This document shows positions 6,659 to 16,181 of a DNA stretch of 42,962 bases, piece by piece. A program made the position numbers and the translations under genes. The notes below the pieces were generated by a model. That model did not search any database. It saw only the letters and a program-made list of their open reading frames with translations, and was not told the origin of the DNA. The number at the start of each line of letters is the position of its first letter. The stretch's first letter is position 1. The stretch is from a virus (Duplodnaviria; Caudoviricetes): positions 1 through 42,962 of IMG/VR virus record IMGVR_UViG_3300017589_000041; one strand, written 5' to 3'.

Positions 6659-7516
6659 TTGAGAAAATATGCTGATTATAACTATTTGGAAATATATAAC
6701 GAATCTGTATTAGGAGCTCAAACAATAGAAGAAAAAATAGAAGAGTTAAGAAGCTCTGGTAAGAAATATAAAGAAATGTTAAAAACCGTATTATCAGGAG
6801 ATATGTTAGAAAGTAATATTTATCCAGTTTATGAAAGAAGGAAAGATGTACCTAAAAGGGATAAGGAAAAAGAAAGCAATGAGTTTCAAATAAAGCTGAA
6901 TGATAGGATTGCAAAATTAAAGTATGTTCGCTTAGTTAATACGAATTTCAGTAAAAACGATTTAATGATAACCCTTACATACAAGGATGGATATCTTCCT
7001 ACGGAAAAGCAAGCAAAGAAGGATGTTGCAAATTATATTAGGAGATTAAAGACGTATCGCAAAAAGCACAATCTGCCAGAACTTAAGTACATTTATATAA
7101 TTGGATATGAGGATGAAGAAAAACAACATAAAAGTAAAAAGATAAGAGTGCATCATCACATCATCATAAATGTAATGGATAGAAATGCAGCTGAGGATCT
7201 ATGGGGAAAAGGAAGAGTAGAAGCTAAGAGACTTCAACCGGATGAATTTGGACTTGAAGGAATAGCAAGATATATGGCAAATCAAAGGGGCAAACGTTGG
7301 TATGCCTCCAGGAACTTAAAAAACCCAGACGAACATAGAGAGGTAACAAAACTCACAAAGAGAAAAGTAGAAAAAATGGCTATGAATGAAAACGACCTTG
7401 AAGCTATGTTTGAAAAGCTTTACAGCAATAAATACAAATTTTTGGACTGTACAAAATATGTATCTGAAATAACAGGAGGAACATATTTATACTGCAGGAT
7501 GCGAAAGAGAGATTGA
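6659..7516 (+). CDS. HUH-family rolling-circle replication-associated protein
   Basis: motif I ITLTY, motif II RVHHHII, motif III ARYMAN; TAAGGAG SD with TTG start. Confidence 0.8.
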   Translation: MRKYADYNYLEIYNESVLGAQTIEEKIEELRSSGKKYKEMLKTVLSGDMLESNIYPVYERRKDVPKRDKEKESNEFQIKLNDRIAKLKYVRLVNTNFSKNDLMITLTYKDGYLPTEKQAKKDVANYIRRLKTYRKKHNLPELKYIYIIGYEDEEKQHKSKKIRVHHHIIINVMDRNAAEDLWGKGRVEAKRLQPDEFGLEGIARYMANQRGKRWYASRNLKNPDEHREVTKLTKRKVEKMAMNENDLEAMFEKLYSNKYKFLDCTKYVSEITGGTYLYCRMRKRD

Positions 7517-7534
7517 AACTAGGAGGTAACGAGT

Positions 7535-7822
7535 ATGGCAAGCGGATGCATACTTAATGATGATTGTCCGGTATGCCATGAGTTAGTGTGGGAAGACGAC
7601 TGTACTATGTTTCACGACTTGTTAATGCATACTGGATGTACAAAACAGAATACCAAAAGCAGATATGGCATGAGTGAAAAGCAATATATTGGATTGTGTG
7701 GTGCACAGCTTCTTCGTAAGGATATTGAATTTCTAAAAGAGATAGAGAGTGAAAGACACAATGAAACCATAGAAATGCTGAAAGAAATGGAGCAGAGACT
7801 AAAAATAATAGAAAACAAATAA
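7535..7822 (+). CDS. hypothetical Zn-finger/coiled-coil protein
   Basis: CPVC...HTGC; AGGAGGT SD. Confidence 0.7.
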   Translation: MASGCILNDDCPVCHELVWEDDCTMFHDLLMHTGCTKQNTKSRYGMSEKQYIGLCGAQLLRKDIEFLKEIESERHNETIEMLKEMEQRLKIIENK

Positions 7823-7844
7823 TTAATAGTTAGCGGAGGACATT

Positions 7845-8030
7845 ATGTTTGAAAAATTAAAGAATGAAATAGATAAATTAAAAAATGGAGGATATCCAAG
7901 AGAAGAATTTTATCGGGTATATGGCAGATGTCAAATGGCTTACGAGCTTGAGAAAATTAGTAAGACAGAATACCTTGAATTGAACCATGAAGTCGTAGCA
8001 GACGGAATTAATAACAGTAAGTATTTTTAG
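7845..8030 (+). CDS. hypothetical protein
   Basis: GGAGG SD. Confidence 0.65.
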   Translation: MFEKLKNEIDKLKNGGYPREEFYRVYGRCQMAYELEKISKTEYLELNHEVVADGINNSKYF

Positions 8031-8038
8031 GAGGAAGT

Positions 8039-8191
8039 ATGAATAATAAAATTCAAGAAGATTTAGAGGACTGGCAAGAAAGATGTTCCGAGTGTTATAA
8101 AAGTTATGGTAATTGTTGCATTATTGAAGAATTACCGGAATGTGAAATAGATAGGAACATTAAAGAAATTCAAAGTATATTAGCTGAATAA
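8039..8191 (+). CDS. small Cys-rich hypothetical protein (50 aa)
   Basis: AGGAGG SD; read by hand. Confidence 0.55.
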   Translation: MNNKIQEDLEDWQERCSECYKSYGNCCIIEELPECEIDRNIKEIQSILAE

Positions 8192-8218
8192 ATTAAATTT
8201 AAGAGAGAAGGGAAAGAA

Positions 8219-8683
8219 GTGCAAGAGGTAAACATCTACATAGACGTTAAGCATACTGGACATTTAAAGACCGGGACCGGCACCTACGGAATAGTATTGG
8301 AGTACATAAAAGAAGATGGCACACCAAGGACTAGAGAAATATTCGAGGGACTAAATCATACTACCAAGAACCGGACAGCTTTAAAAGCTTGTGTAGTAGC
8401 TCTAGAGCATCTTATCAAAACATGTAGTGTAAAACTATTCATCGATTCACTCTATGTTGAAAATGCCATTAATCAGAAATGGTATGAGAAGTGGGAGCTT
8501 GAAAACTGGATAAGCAAAAGAAAACCTGTTAAAAATGCAGACCTATGGCAGCAGTTACTAGGGCATATGAATAAGAATAGCGTGGAGTACCAGTTTACGG
8601 AGTCAAATCAATATAGTGCTTATATGGTCACAATGTTAAAACGGATAGAAATAGAATATAAGGAGGACGTACAAGATGTTTGA
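8219..8683 (+). CDS. RNase H-like protein
   Basis: VNIYID, TTKNR, IDSLYV, KPVKNADLWQQL motifs; the usual catalytic Glu after TNNR is not evident. Confidence 0.85.
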   Translation: MQEVNIYIDVKHTGHLKTGTGTYGIVLEYIKEDGTPRTREIFEGLNHTTKNRTALKACVVALEHLIKTCSVKLFIDSLYVENAINQKWYEKWELENWISKRKPVKNADLWQQLLGHMNKNSVEYQFTESNQYSAYMVTMLKRIEIEYKEDVQDV

Positions 8684-9113
8684 TAAATTTGGAGAATTTG
8701 ACAGTATAGAAGAACTCAACATGGCAGCAGAGGAGCAGATACAGCAAGGGAATAGGGAAAGCTTAATAGCTCTAGCCAAAGAGAACGGAATAGATAAATA
8801 TTCAGCAGAGGCATATTGGAACAAAGAAACAAATGAATTAATTGATTATTTTTCTGGAGCAATTGGAAAACTCAGTATAGAAAAGGATAACTTAAAATCA
8901 ATGATGCCAGTAGCTCCAATCGTAGATTACCTTAGTAGTCTATGCATGGATGAAGCCTTTGCAAGAATAGTACGTTCTAAAGCAAAGAACTTGAAAGCTT
9001 GTATTGAGTATACTGAGAAGAAATGTAAAGAAGAGTGCGATAGGACAAAAGCACAATATGTTGCCGATATGACCGTATTTGAATGGTCAAAAGAATATTA
9101 TATGGAGGGATAA
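8676..9113 (+). CDS. PcfK-like (AcrIIA9-related family) protein
   Basis: C-terminal K.LKACIEY...DMTVFEWSKEYY pattern and position upstream of a PcfJ-like gene. Confidence 0.55.
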   Translation: MFDKFGEFDSIEELNMAAEEQIQQGNRESLIALAKENGIDKYSAEAYWNKETNELIDYFSGAIGKLSIEKDNLKSMMPVAPIVDYLSSLCMDEAFARIVRSKAKNLKACIEYTEKKCKEECDRTKAQYVADMTVFEWSKEYYMEG

Positions 9114-9114
9114 A

Positions 9115-9687
9115 ATGATTGCTTACAAAGCGTTTGAAAAAGATCTCTCTTGTACGTCAGGAGGAAATAGGTTTCAGTATAAGCTTGGAGAGTGGAATGA
9201 GGAACCGGAAGCAAACTGCGTAAAAAATGGTTTTCATTGTGCTGAAAATCCACTTGATTGTCTAAGTTATTATCCAAATTGGGATACAACAGTATATTAC
9301 ATGGTATTAGCTGGTGGAGATATTAATGAAGATGGAACGGATAGTAAAATTGCCTGTACAAGAATGCGATTGGTAAAACAGCTGACACTTGAAGAATTTG
9401 TATATGTAAGTTTGGATTATATGGTAAAACATCCATTCATGAAAAAGAACAATCATGTAGATGAAGAAATAAGTAGGAGAAACTTTTACAAAAATGGATT
9501 TGAGATTGTACGAGGTAAGAACCCGAAAGCTTCAGGCACACTTGGAATGGTAATAGGGTTTGCTAAAGAAAGCATAGACGGTGCCGAAATAAATGAAATT
9601 TCAGTAATAACGATAGATGGAAAAGAATTTCTTCCGGATGCATTTTATAGAGTTGATGGAACTCTTACAGGAGGCGGATTGCTATGA
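9115..9687 (+). CDS. conserved phage protein (YKAF..DL.C..FQY..G / GFH.CENPLD motif family)
   Basis: recognisable N-terminal motif; GGAGG SD before ATG 9115. Confidence 0.7.
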   Translation: MIAYKAFEKDLSCTSGGNRFQYKLGEWNEEPEANCVKNGFHCAENPLDCLSYYPNWDTTVYYMVLAGGDINEDGTDSKIACTRMRLVKQLTLEEFVYVSLDYMVKHPFMKKNNHVDEEISRRNFYKNGFEIVRGKNPKASGTLGMVIGFAKESIDGAEINEISVITIDGKEFLPDAFYRVDGTLTGGGLL

Positions 9688-11759
9688 AGAAGAAAGAAAT
9701 AGAAAAAATACCATGGATTTCAAAAAAGTTCGGAAAGCAAATGTCGGTTACAGCAAAGATTTTCGACTTAAATGGTGAGAAAACACTCATTGTGGATGTA
9801 ACGAAGGAAGTACCAGTGATTCGAATATGCTTGACTAAAAGTGATTATGCAAATTACTTACCTATCGGTTCTCTGATAAGTGAGGGAAAAACGTGGTCAT
9901 ATAAAAATATTGAGAATCTGAGCATGCATCATAAACTAGGAAAACCTAGAACTCATATATCACAGGAATGCGAAATGGTAATACATAAATTTACAAATAA
10001 TAATTACCGGATACAGAACTGGGAAAGTGAAATCAGTAATATGCAGCAGGGTTTAGCTTGCAAGAAAACTCGAATAGCGGAAGAACGGAGATATAAGCGG
10101 ATAAAAGAACGGATGAAAACAGTTTCTAAAGAGCCGGACGGCTTTGAAAAATGGGCGTACAGCATGATTAAGCAGCATCGCATCACGATACTACCATTCA
10201 GAAAAAATAAGACAACTAGGGGAGTATGCTCGGCATGTGGAAAAGAAAATGTATACCAAAAGGGAACAATATCACCAAAGGATACGGTCAAGTGTCCAAA
10301 CTGTGGTGCTGAAGCAATCGTAAAAAGGGTTGATTGGGAGCACATGAACCCTTTTCCAGTAGAAAAATTGGCAGCAGAGATTCTGTTATTCCAAAGGACA
10401 AGTGAAGGATTTGTAGAAAGGCACTTTGTAACGTGGAAAGATATAGGGATCCATAAAGAAACGCATGGAATTTACGAAAAGGGTAGGATTTTCAGAGTCG
10501 AAAATAAAACATATACATATTATGCAAAGCAAGGTTATGGGGATATATTCTGGGATGATAAGAATTTGTATGGCATGTACAGCATTGTATTATGCAATGG
10601 GCCAGTTTATATCAGAAACATTACACAAAAGATGTTTGAGGGTACTCAGTACAAATATTGCTCAATGGAATTACTAAAGAATGAGCAGAAATTTGCACCA
10701 GTAGCATATCTCACCAAGTATGAGGAGATGCCACAGCTTGAAATGATGGTAAAAGTAGGATTGAAAAAGTTAGCAATTCAAATCTCTAAATATGATTTTG
10801 TAGAAGGAAATAAACCATGGGAAATACTCGGAATTAATAAAAAGCAGTTTAACCGAATGAGGGAGATAAACGGTGGTAGGCTGGAACTTCTTTGGATGGA
10901 GTATGAAATGCAGAAAAATAGGATAATGGAAAATAAGGTTATCCAATGGTTATCAAAAAATTATATAAAACCTCAGGATATTGGTTTTATAAATGATAGA
11001 ATGTCTGAAACGAAGATTTGCAATTATTTGCAAAAGCAGTATAAATTGCATCAAAGAAAACCTAATGAACTAATTGAAACATGGAAAGATTATCTGAGCA
11101 TGGCTAATCGGTTGAAAATGGACATTAAACATGAGCTGATTTATAAACCGAAGGATCTGTTAAAAAGTCATAATGAAGCAGTAAGTCTTTGCGGAGGGCA
11201 AGCGATTGCCAAGCGTGTAGCTGAAATTGCTGGGGATTATCCGGATATTGATAATATATACCAATCAATCAAAGCAAAATATGAATTTTCAGGAAAGGAA
11301 TATATCATAGTTGTTCCTGAAAAGATTGAGGATATTATCAAAGAAGGGCGAGTTCTGGGACATTGCCTTGATAGCAGCAATATTTATTTTGACCGTATTC
11401 AAAGAAGAGAATCTTATATAGTTTTCCTACGAAAGAAGGAAGATCCGGAACAACCATATTACACGCTTGAGATTGAACCAGGAGGAGCAACACGGCAGAA
11501 ACGAACCGTTGGAGATAAACAGAATAAGGATTTTGAAGAAGCGAAAATATTTATTAGAAAATGGCAGTTTGCAATTCAAAATAAACTTACACAAAAAGAC
11601 AAGGAACTGGCCGAAACTAGCGCTGTACTGAGAGTTGAGGAATTAAAAGAACTTAGAAAGACAAAAGTAAAAATATGGCATGGAAGTCTTGCAGGACAAT
11701 TACTTGCAGATGTACTAGAAGCAGACCTAATGGAAATCCAACTGGAAGAAGCAATATAG
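9684..11759 (+). CDS. PcfJ domain-containing protein
   Basis: WKDYLSMA..L..PKDL..SH, EGRVLGHC, IVFLRK..P.QPYYTLE; central CxxC pairs. Confidence 0.85.
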   Translation: MKKKEIEKIPWISKKFGKQMSVTAKIFDLNGEKTLIVDVTKEVPVIRICLTKSDYANYLPIGSLISEGKTWSYKNIENLSMHHKLGKPRTHISQECEMVIHKFTNNNYRIQNWESEISNMQQGLACKKTRIAEERRYKRIKERMKTVSKEPDGFEKWAYSMIKQHRITILPFRKNKTTRGVCSACGKENVYQKGTISPKDTVKCPNCGAEAIVKRVDWEHMNPFPVEKLAAEILLFQRTSEGFVERHFVTWKDIGIHKETHGIYEKGRIFRVENKTYTYYAKQGYGDIFWDDKNLYGMYSIVLCNGPVYIRNITQKMFEGTQYKYCSMELLKNEQKFAPVAYLTKYEEMPQLEMMVKVGLKKLAIQISKYDFVEGNKPWEILGINKKQFNRMREINGGRLELLWMEYEMQKNRIMENKVIQWLSKNYIKPQDIGFINDRMSETKICNYLQKQYKLHQRKPNELIETWKDYLSMANRLKMDIKHELIYKPKDLLKSHNEAVSLCGGQAIAKRVAEIAGDYPDIDNIYQSIKAKYEFSGKEYIIVVPEKIEDIIKEGRVLGHCLDSSNIYFDRIQRRESYIVFLRKKEDPEQPYYTLEIEPGGATRQKRTVGDKQNKDFEEAKIFIRKWQFAIQNKLTQKDKELAETSAVLRVEELKELRKTKVKIWHGSLAGQLLADVLEADLMEIQLEEAI

Positions 11760-11773
11760 AAAGAAGGGAAATA

Positions 11774-12076
11774 ATGAAAAGTATAATGCAAGAGGAAGAC
11801 GATTACAATTGTTACATTTGTGGTACTCCTGCAAATTATGTTGATGGCGCATTAGAAGAACATCACATATTTGGTGGTACCGCTAACAAAAAGAAGTCAG
11901 AACAACATGGACTGAAAGTAAAACTTCATGCATTTAAGTGTCATAGGTTAGGACCAGAAGCAGTACATAAAAACAAAAAAGTTAGTTTAGTATTAATGGC
12001 AGCAGCACAGAAGAGGTTCGAAGAAACACATACTAGAGAAGAGTTTAGAAAAGAATTTGGTAAGAACCGGTTATAA
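11774..12076 (+). CDS. HNH-like (His-Me finger) protein
   Basis: CYIC..EEHHIFGG...KCH...VH. Confidence 0.7.
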   Translation: MKSIMQEEDDYNCYICGTPANYVDGALEEHHIFGGTANKKKSEQHGLKVKLHAFKCHRLGPEAVHKNKKVSLVLMAAAQKRFEETHTREEFRKEFGKNRL

Positions 12077-12178
12077 AGGTTGTCACACCTTTTTAGGTTG
12101 TATTTATATCACATTGTAACTCGTACATATGGCATAGCAATCTCTTCCGGCGGCCGCAACCGCCGGAGAAAGGAAAAA

Positions 12179-12487
12179 ATGAATACAAATCAGGAATATC
12201 AAGAGGTAGTAGAGGCAGTAAGAAACATAACAATAGAATTAAATTCTTTTCAAGAGGCGGATATCAGTAACTTAAAAGTTCCTATCATTTGTATATACTC
12301 TAAACCAAATGATTATAAAAATAAGATTATAGCGAGAATGTTTGATCTGGAAGAACCTCTTAATATAATAATAGTGCGCTACACCATAGAAGAAATAAGG
12401 GAAGACATTATAAAGACCTTTCCAAACATGGTCCGATTTGACAGAGCAGTAAATGATACAAAGAGCATAACAGAAACATGGATTTAG
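12179..12487 (+). CDS. hypothetical protein
   Basis: GAAAGGA SD before ATG 12179. Confidence 0.7.
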   Translation: MNTNQEYQEVVEAVRNITIELNSFQEADISNLKVPIICIYSKPNDYKNKIIARMFDLEEPLNIIIVRYTIEEIREDIIKTFPNMVRFDRAVNDTKSITETWI

Positions 12488-12515
12488 ATATAAAGTAAAA
12501 CATTAAGGAGGAACA

Positions 12516-13931
12516 ATGATGAATGAATTAACCACAGAGGTAACTGCAATATCAAACCTAAAGCAAATGAAGGTTATCATTAAAGCTGAATTAGAAAGCC
12601 TAGTAGATGGATGTATGGCAGTTGGGTACTATCTAAAAAGAACCAGGGACACAGAAATGTTTACAGAAGAGGGATATGAGAGTGTCTTTGATTTTGCAAA
12701 GAAAGAATTTAATTTAGGAAGAAGCAGTGTATATACATATATGGCCATCAATGACAATTTCAGCGTTGGAGGAAATAGTCCAGAGTTAGCAGACAATTTC
12801 AGAGGATACGGAAGCTCTAAGCTAGCAGAAATGCTTACATTAACTGATGAACAGATGCAAGACATAACACCGGATGCAACCGTAAAAGAAATAAAAGAGT
12901 ATAAGAAAGTTATAAATGAAATTGAAAGTCCAGACGTCTGGACAAATGGCTTAAATGCTCAATGCGAAGCCGATTTTAAGCTATCAGAAAACAATATGGA
13001 AAGTGACATAATTGTAAAAAATGGACTGAAAGATTTCATACATTTTTATTTCCTAAATGAAGGAAGAAATGTCTTTGAAAAGGTTAATAACATTCTTTTG
13101 TCGGCAGCAGTAGACAAAGAAAACAAAATCATGTTTGCCATTGCTCCTAGTAAGTTCAAAATGATTCGTATACCAGGTGGAAGCGCATTATGTAATGCAG
13201 AGAATATATCAATTATAAGAGCTGGTACACCAAAAGAAGTATATACATACCAAGAATTGATCGAAATAATAACTTATTTGTTTGAACCATCTAATCTGGA
13301 ATTAGCAAAAGAAACATTTAAAAGGTATTATCAAGAGGATCTAATGCCACCAGTACCAGTAAAAGTAGAGATTAAGAATATAAAAGAAGAAAAAACAGTA
13401 GATAAGAAGATAAAACCAAAACAAGTTGATTCATCTAAGGGCGAGGACAATTCTGAAGAAGATACTGAAGATGAAAATGAAGAAGATGATACTGACGATG
13501 AAGATGAAATTAAAGAGTTAGAAGACGACAATATACCAGGACAAAAAAAGATAGAGGATTATCCTGAATGCCTTCCAGATGCTCATGAAGTGGTTGAAAA
13601 AGTAGAAGGTGAAGTAATACAGGAAGAACCCATAAAAGAGATAGAGACAGAAGAAACTAATGATCTTCCTGAAGAGAATAAAAAACCTTGGACAAGCCCT
13701 GAAATAGTTGAGAAAGCAGCAGAAGTAATAATAGATCAAGACAAATGCCAATATTGCAATATGCAATTTCCAAAGAATTTAGTTACAGAGAATTTCTTCA
13801 TAGCAATTAAAAACAATGGATACCTAGAATTCTATCCTAAAAGTAATGCTATGGAAAAAACAAATGAGAAAGTAAAAATAAATCTATGTCCAATGTGTGG
13901 AAGGAAATTTTCGACATCCGAGCTAAATTAA
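12516..13931 (+). CDS. large phage protein: DUF3102-like N-terminus, acidic linker, C-terminal CxxC zinc ribbon
   Basis: VGYYLK..DFAKKEFNLGRSSVYTYMAIND; D/E-rich stretch; CQYC...CPMCGR. Confidence 0.65.
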   Translation: MMNELTTEVTAISNLKQMKVIIKAELESLVDGCMAVGYYLKRTRDTEMFTEEGYESVFDFAKKEFNLGRSSVYTYMAINDNFSVGGNSPELADNFRGYGSSKLAEMLTLTDEQMQDITPDATVKEIKEYKKVINEIESPDVWTNGLNAQCEADFKLSENNMESDIIVKNGLKDFIHFYFLNEGRNVFEKVNNILLSAAVDKENKIMFAIAPSKFKMIRIPGGSALCNAENISIIRAGTPKEVYTYQELIEIITYLFEPSNLELAKETFKRYYQEDLMPPVPVKVEIKNIKEEKTVDKKIKPKQVDSSKGEDNSEEDTEDENEEDDTDDEDEIKELEDDNIPGQKKIEDYPECLPDAHEVVEKVEGEVIQEEPIKEIETEETNDLPEENKKPWTSPEIVEKAAEVIIDQDKCQYCNMQFPKNLVTENFFIAIKNNGYLEFYPKSNAMEKTNEKVKINLCPMCGRKFSTSELN

Positions 13932-13995
13932 TACTAGTATCACTAAATAAGATCCAAAATAGCAGCAGAATACAATCATCATTTAGGAGGTTAGG

Positions 13996-14181
13996 ATGGA
14001 AAAAGATGAAAAAGATAAACGATACAGAATAGCATACGAAAAAAATGAATCATTAAACAGATGCGGATATTGGAATGTATGTACCGATCATGCCTGTGGA
14101 TGTTCTCCAACTGCAAAAGTAAGTCAAGGCTATGATTTTGAAACTTATGAGGTAATGAGTAAAAGTAGATATGAAGATTAA
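13996..14181 (+). CDS. hypothetical protein
   Basis: AGGAGGT SD. Confidence 0.6.
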   Translation: MEKDEKDKRYRIAYEKNESLNRCGYWNVCTDHACGCSPTAKVSQGYDFETYEVMSKSRYED

Positions 14182-14212
14182 GTTGAAAAAATTAAAGAAG
14201 GAAAAATAAAAA

Positions 14213-14365
14213 ATGAGAATGGTTTATACGGTGGATATAAATGAGGATATATGCGGACTAGATAACATATTAAAGGCACTTGATGAAACTATAGGTGAAG
14301 TTGGATTTGGAGTAAAAGCAAGCAAGTTAGAATCTGATGAAGAGGTTGTGAGTATTAACAATTAA
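14213..14365 (+). CDS. hypothetical protein (50 aa)
   Basis: fills gap between neighbouring genes; AAGGA SD; read by hand. Confidence 0.5.
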   Translation: MRMVYTVDINEDICGLDNILKALDETIGEVGFGVKASKLESDEEVVSINN

Positions 14366-14384
14366 GGTATATGGAGGTAGAAGA

Positions 14385-14570
14385 GTGGCATCATACAATG
14401 TTACATTTGCAAAATTATACGAAGTAACTATTGAAGCGGAAAACAGAGAAAAGGCAGAGGACAAAGCATCTGTTATGGAAGATGATGAAATCATTGCAAA
14501 AGCAGATAAAGAAGAAATGATAGTTTGGAATATACCTTACAAACCTTATTTGAACATTCCACTAAACTAA
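14385..14570 (+). CDS. hypothetical protein
   Basis: GGAGGT SD; EVTIEAENREKA motif seen in small phage proteins. Confidence 0.6.
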   Translation: MASYNVTFAKLYEVTIEAENREKAEDKASVMEDDEIIAKADKEEMIVWNIPYKPYLNIPLN

Positions 14571-14651
14571 AAGAAGGTGAGAAAAATTATAATTTAGCGC
14601 ACTAAATTGTACATTGAAAATCAAATATTGAGTAGTAGAAAAAAGAGACTC

Positions 14652-14861
14652 TTATTCTGAATCCCTTTCAAAGATTATTAAATCACCAGGCTGACAGTTT
14701 AAAAGGCTACAGATTATATTGATATTTTCCCATGATATTAATTCGGAATTACGCATTTTCTGAATTGTTGCTTCTCCGAGTAATTTATCTTTACGAAGCT
14801 TATAAGTACTAAATCCAATATTTTTAAGGCTTTGAAGAACATCGATTTTGTATTTGAGCAT
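14652..14861 (-). CDS. XRE/Cro-C1 HTH regulator (YozG-like)
   Basis: STYKLRKDKLLGEATIQK...ICSLLNCQPGDLI; AGGAGGTG SD. Confidence 0.85.
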   Translation of the reverse strand: MLKYKIDVLQSLKNIGFSTYKLRKDKLLGEATIQKMRNSELISWENINIICSLLNCQPGDLIIFERDSE

Positions 14862-14895
14862 AGTAGCACCTCCTGTCTATAGGATAACAGAATAC

Positions 14896-14986
14896 TACAC
14901 TTATTGCAAGTGTATATAGTGTACAAAAATACACTTAATATTTGTGTATTTTGTCAATTGTTATACACTTAATACAAGTGTATAAT
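14896..14986. promoter_or_regulatory. divergent promoters with three TACACTT-N5-AAGTGTA-type operators
   Basis: 19-bp palindromes at 14896, 14930, 14964 (34-bp period); rightward TTGTTA-17-TATAAT 14958-14986. Confidence 0.8.
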
Positions 14987-15032
14987 TACCTTCATAAGGA
15001 ACAAATAATAAACCAATTGGAGGTATAAAAAT

Positions 15033-15380
15033 ATGAAAAAGTTTGAAGAAGATTATTTTGTAATTCAATTAATGGCGAAGGGTTCATATGTAGACAACAG
15101 CAATGGGAGTGACTGTTTATACTTGGTTGAAGCTTTTACAATTCGATTAAACCACATTGCATTAAATGCATGGATTCTATCTGCAATGTTCAATACTCGT
15201 GATTGTTACGAAACTGACGAGGAATGGGAAACGCACAAAGCTGAGTATAAGACAAGGCGAGAAGCCTTTAATAAGCAAATAATTGAAGCATTGGAAATTG
15301 AGCCAAGCGCGGGAAGTGTAAGCATCACTCAAGCGCAGTCGGAAGTGTTCACGGTAGTTCATATTAGGAAAATATCATAA
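15033..15380 (+). CDS. hypothetical protein
   Basis: GGAGGT SD; own promoter and terminator. Confidence 0.75.
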   Translation: MKKFEEDYFVIQLMAKGSYVDNSNGSDCLYLVEAFTIRLNHIALNAWILSAMFNTRDCYETDEEWETHKAEYKTRREAFNKQIIEALEIEPSAGSVSITQAQSEVFTVVHIRKIS

Positions 15381-15388
15381 TGATAAAC

Positions 15389-15425
15389 AAAAGCCTACTA
15401 CTCAGTATTTGATAGTAGGTTTTTG
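15389..15425 (+). terminator. rho-independent terminator
   Basis: GCCTACTA...TAGTAGGT hairpin followed by a T-run, preceded by an A-run. Confidence 0.7.
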
Positions 15426-15485
15426 TGAGCTAAACTAAAATGATTGAACAAACATCACTTAAAATTTAGAGAGGAAAAAAGGTTT

Positions 15486-15656
15486 ATGAAAAAAGAATTA
15501 ACAGAGGATAAATTATCTGAGAATGAAAGAATTATAAGGGATTATTGTAATTCAAAGTCTTATGATTCTAAAAGGTTAGCAGAAGTGTTAAGGTTTGGGC
15601 TTGACCACGAACAACTAATTACATTATGCAGAGATATTTTGGACAATATAAGATAA
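15486..15656 (+). CDS. hypothetical protein
   Basis: GAGG before ATG 15486. Confidence 0.55.
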   Translation: MKKELTEDKLSENERIIRDYCNSKSYDSKRLAEVLRFGLDHEQLITLCRDILDNIR

Positions 15657-15679
15657 ACTTATGATTTAGGGAGGTAAAT

Positions 15680-15916
15680 ATGGCTTATACAGAGCAGGAA
15701 CAAATCGAATTAAACCAACAACTTAAAAGATGGCAGAAACGACAACTTACTGCCGTAAGACAAAACAATATAGATAGAGCATTTGAAGTTATGAATGAGA
15801 TTGATAGGGCGGTATGGGAGCGAGTTGCAAAAGCTGAAAGCCACAAAGACGTGAGTGTTTTAGTGTGGGATATGGCTGAAAAAATCATAAGTAAGTATTG
15901 CAAGTTGGCAAGATAA
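15680..15916 (+). CDS. hypothetical protein
   Basis: GGGAGGT SD. Confidence 0.7.
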   Translation: MAYTEQEQIELNQQLKRWQKRQLTAVRQNNIDRAFEVMNEIDRAVWERVAKAESHKDVSVLVWDMAEKIISKYCKLAR

Positions 15917-15941
15917 ACTATAACTTATCAAGGAGAAAGGC

Positions 15942-16166
15942 ATGAATCGAAATATCTTGAAAGTATCTAAATGTGGAGCAGCTGATAGTAAATATTTCTC
16001 TAATCCTCAGCAATTTGAAAAGGATATCGAAAAAGGTAAATTTGATGCTACATTGTTTAAGGCGAAGGTCAGAGAATTAGTATTAAAGGATCCAAGTAAG
16101 TTAGATATTAGATATCACCAGGCAATAGAAACAATGATAGAGATCAAAGAGGAATTTAGATTATAA
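15942..16166 (+). CDS. hypothetical protein
   Basis: AAGGAG SD. Confidence 0.65.
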   Translation: MNRNILKVSKCGAADSKYFSNPQQFEKDIEKGKFDATLFKAKVRELVLKDPSKLDIRYHQAIETMIEIKEEFRL

Positions 16167-16181
16167 AACAGGAGGAAATCT

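Noticed and set aside
13440-13530. GAAGAT-rich low-complexity tract as a tandem repeat element
   Set aside because: It encodes an Asp/Glu-rich linker; no fixed unit
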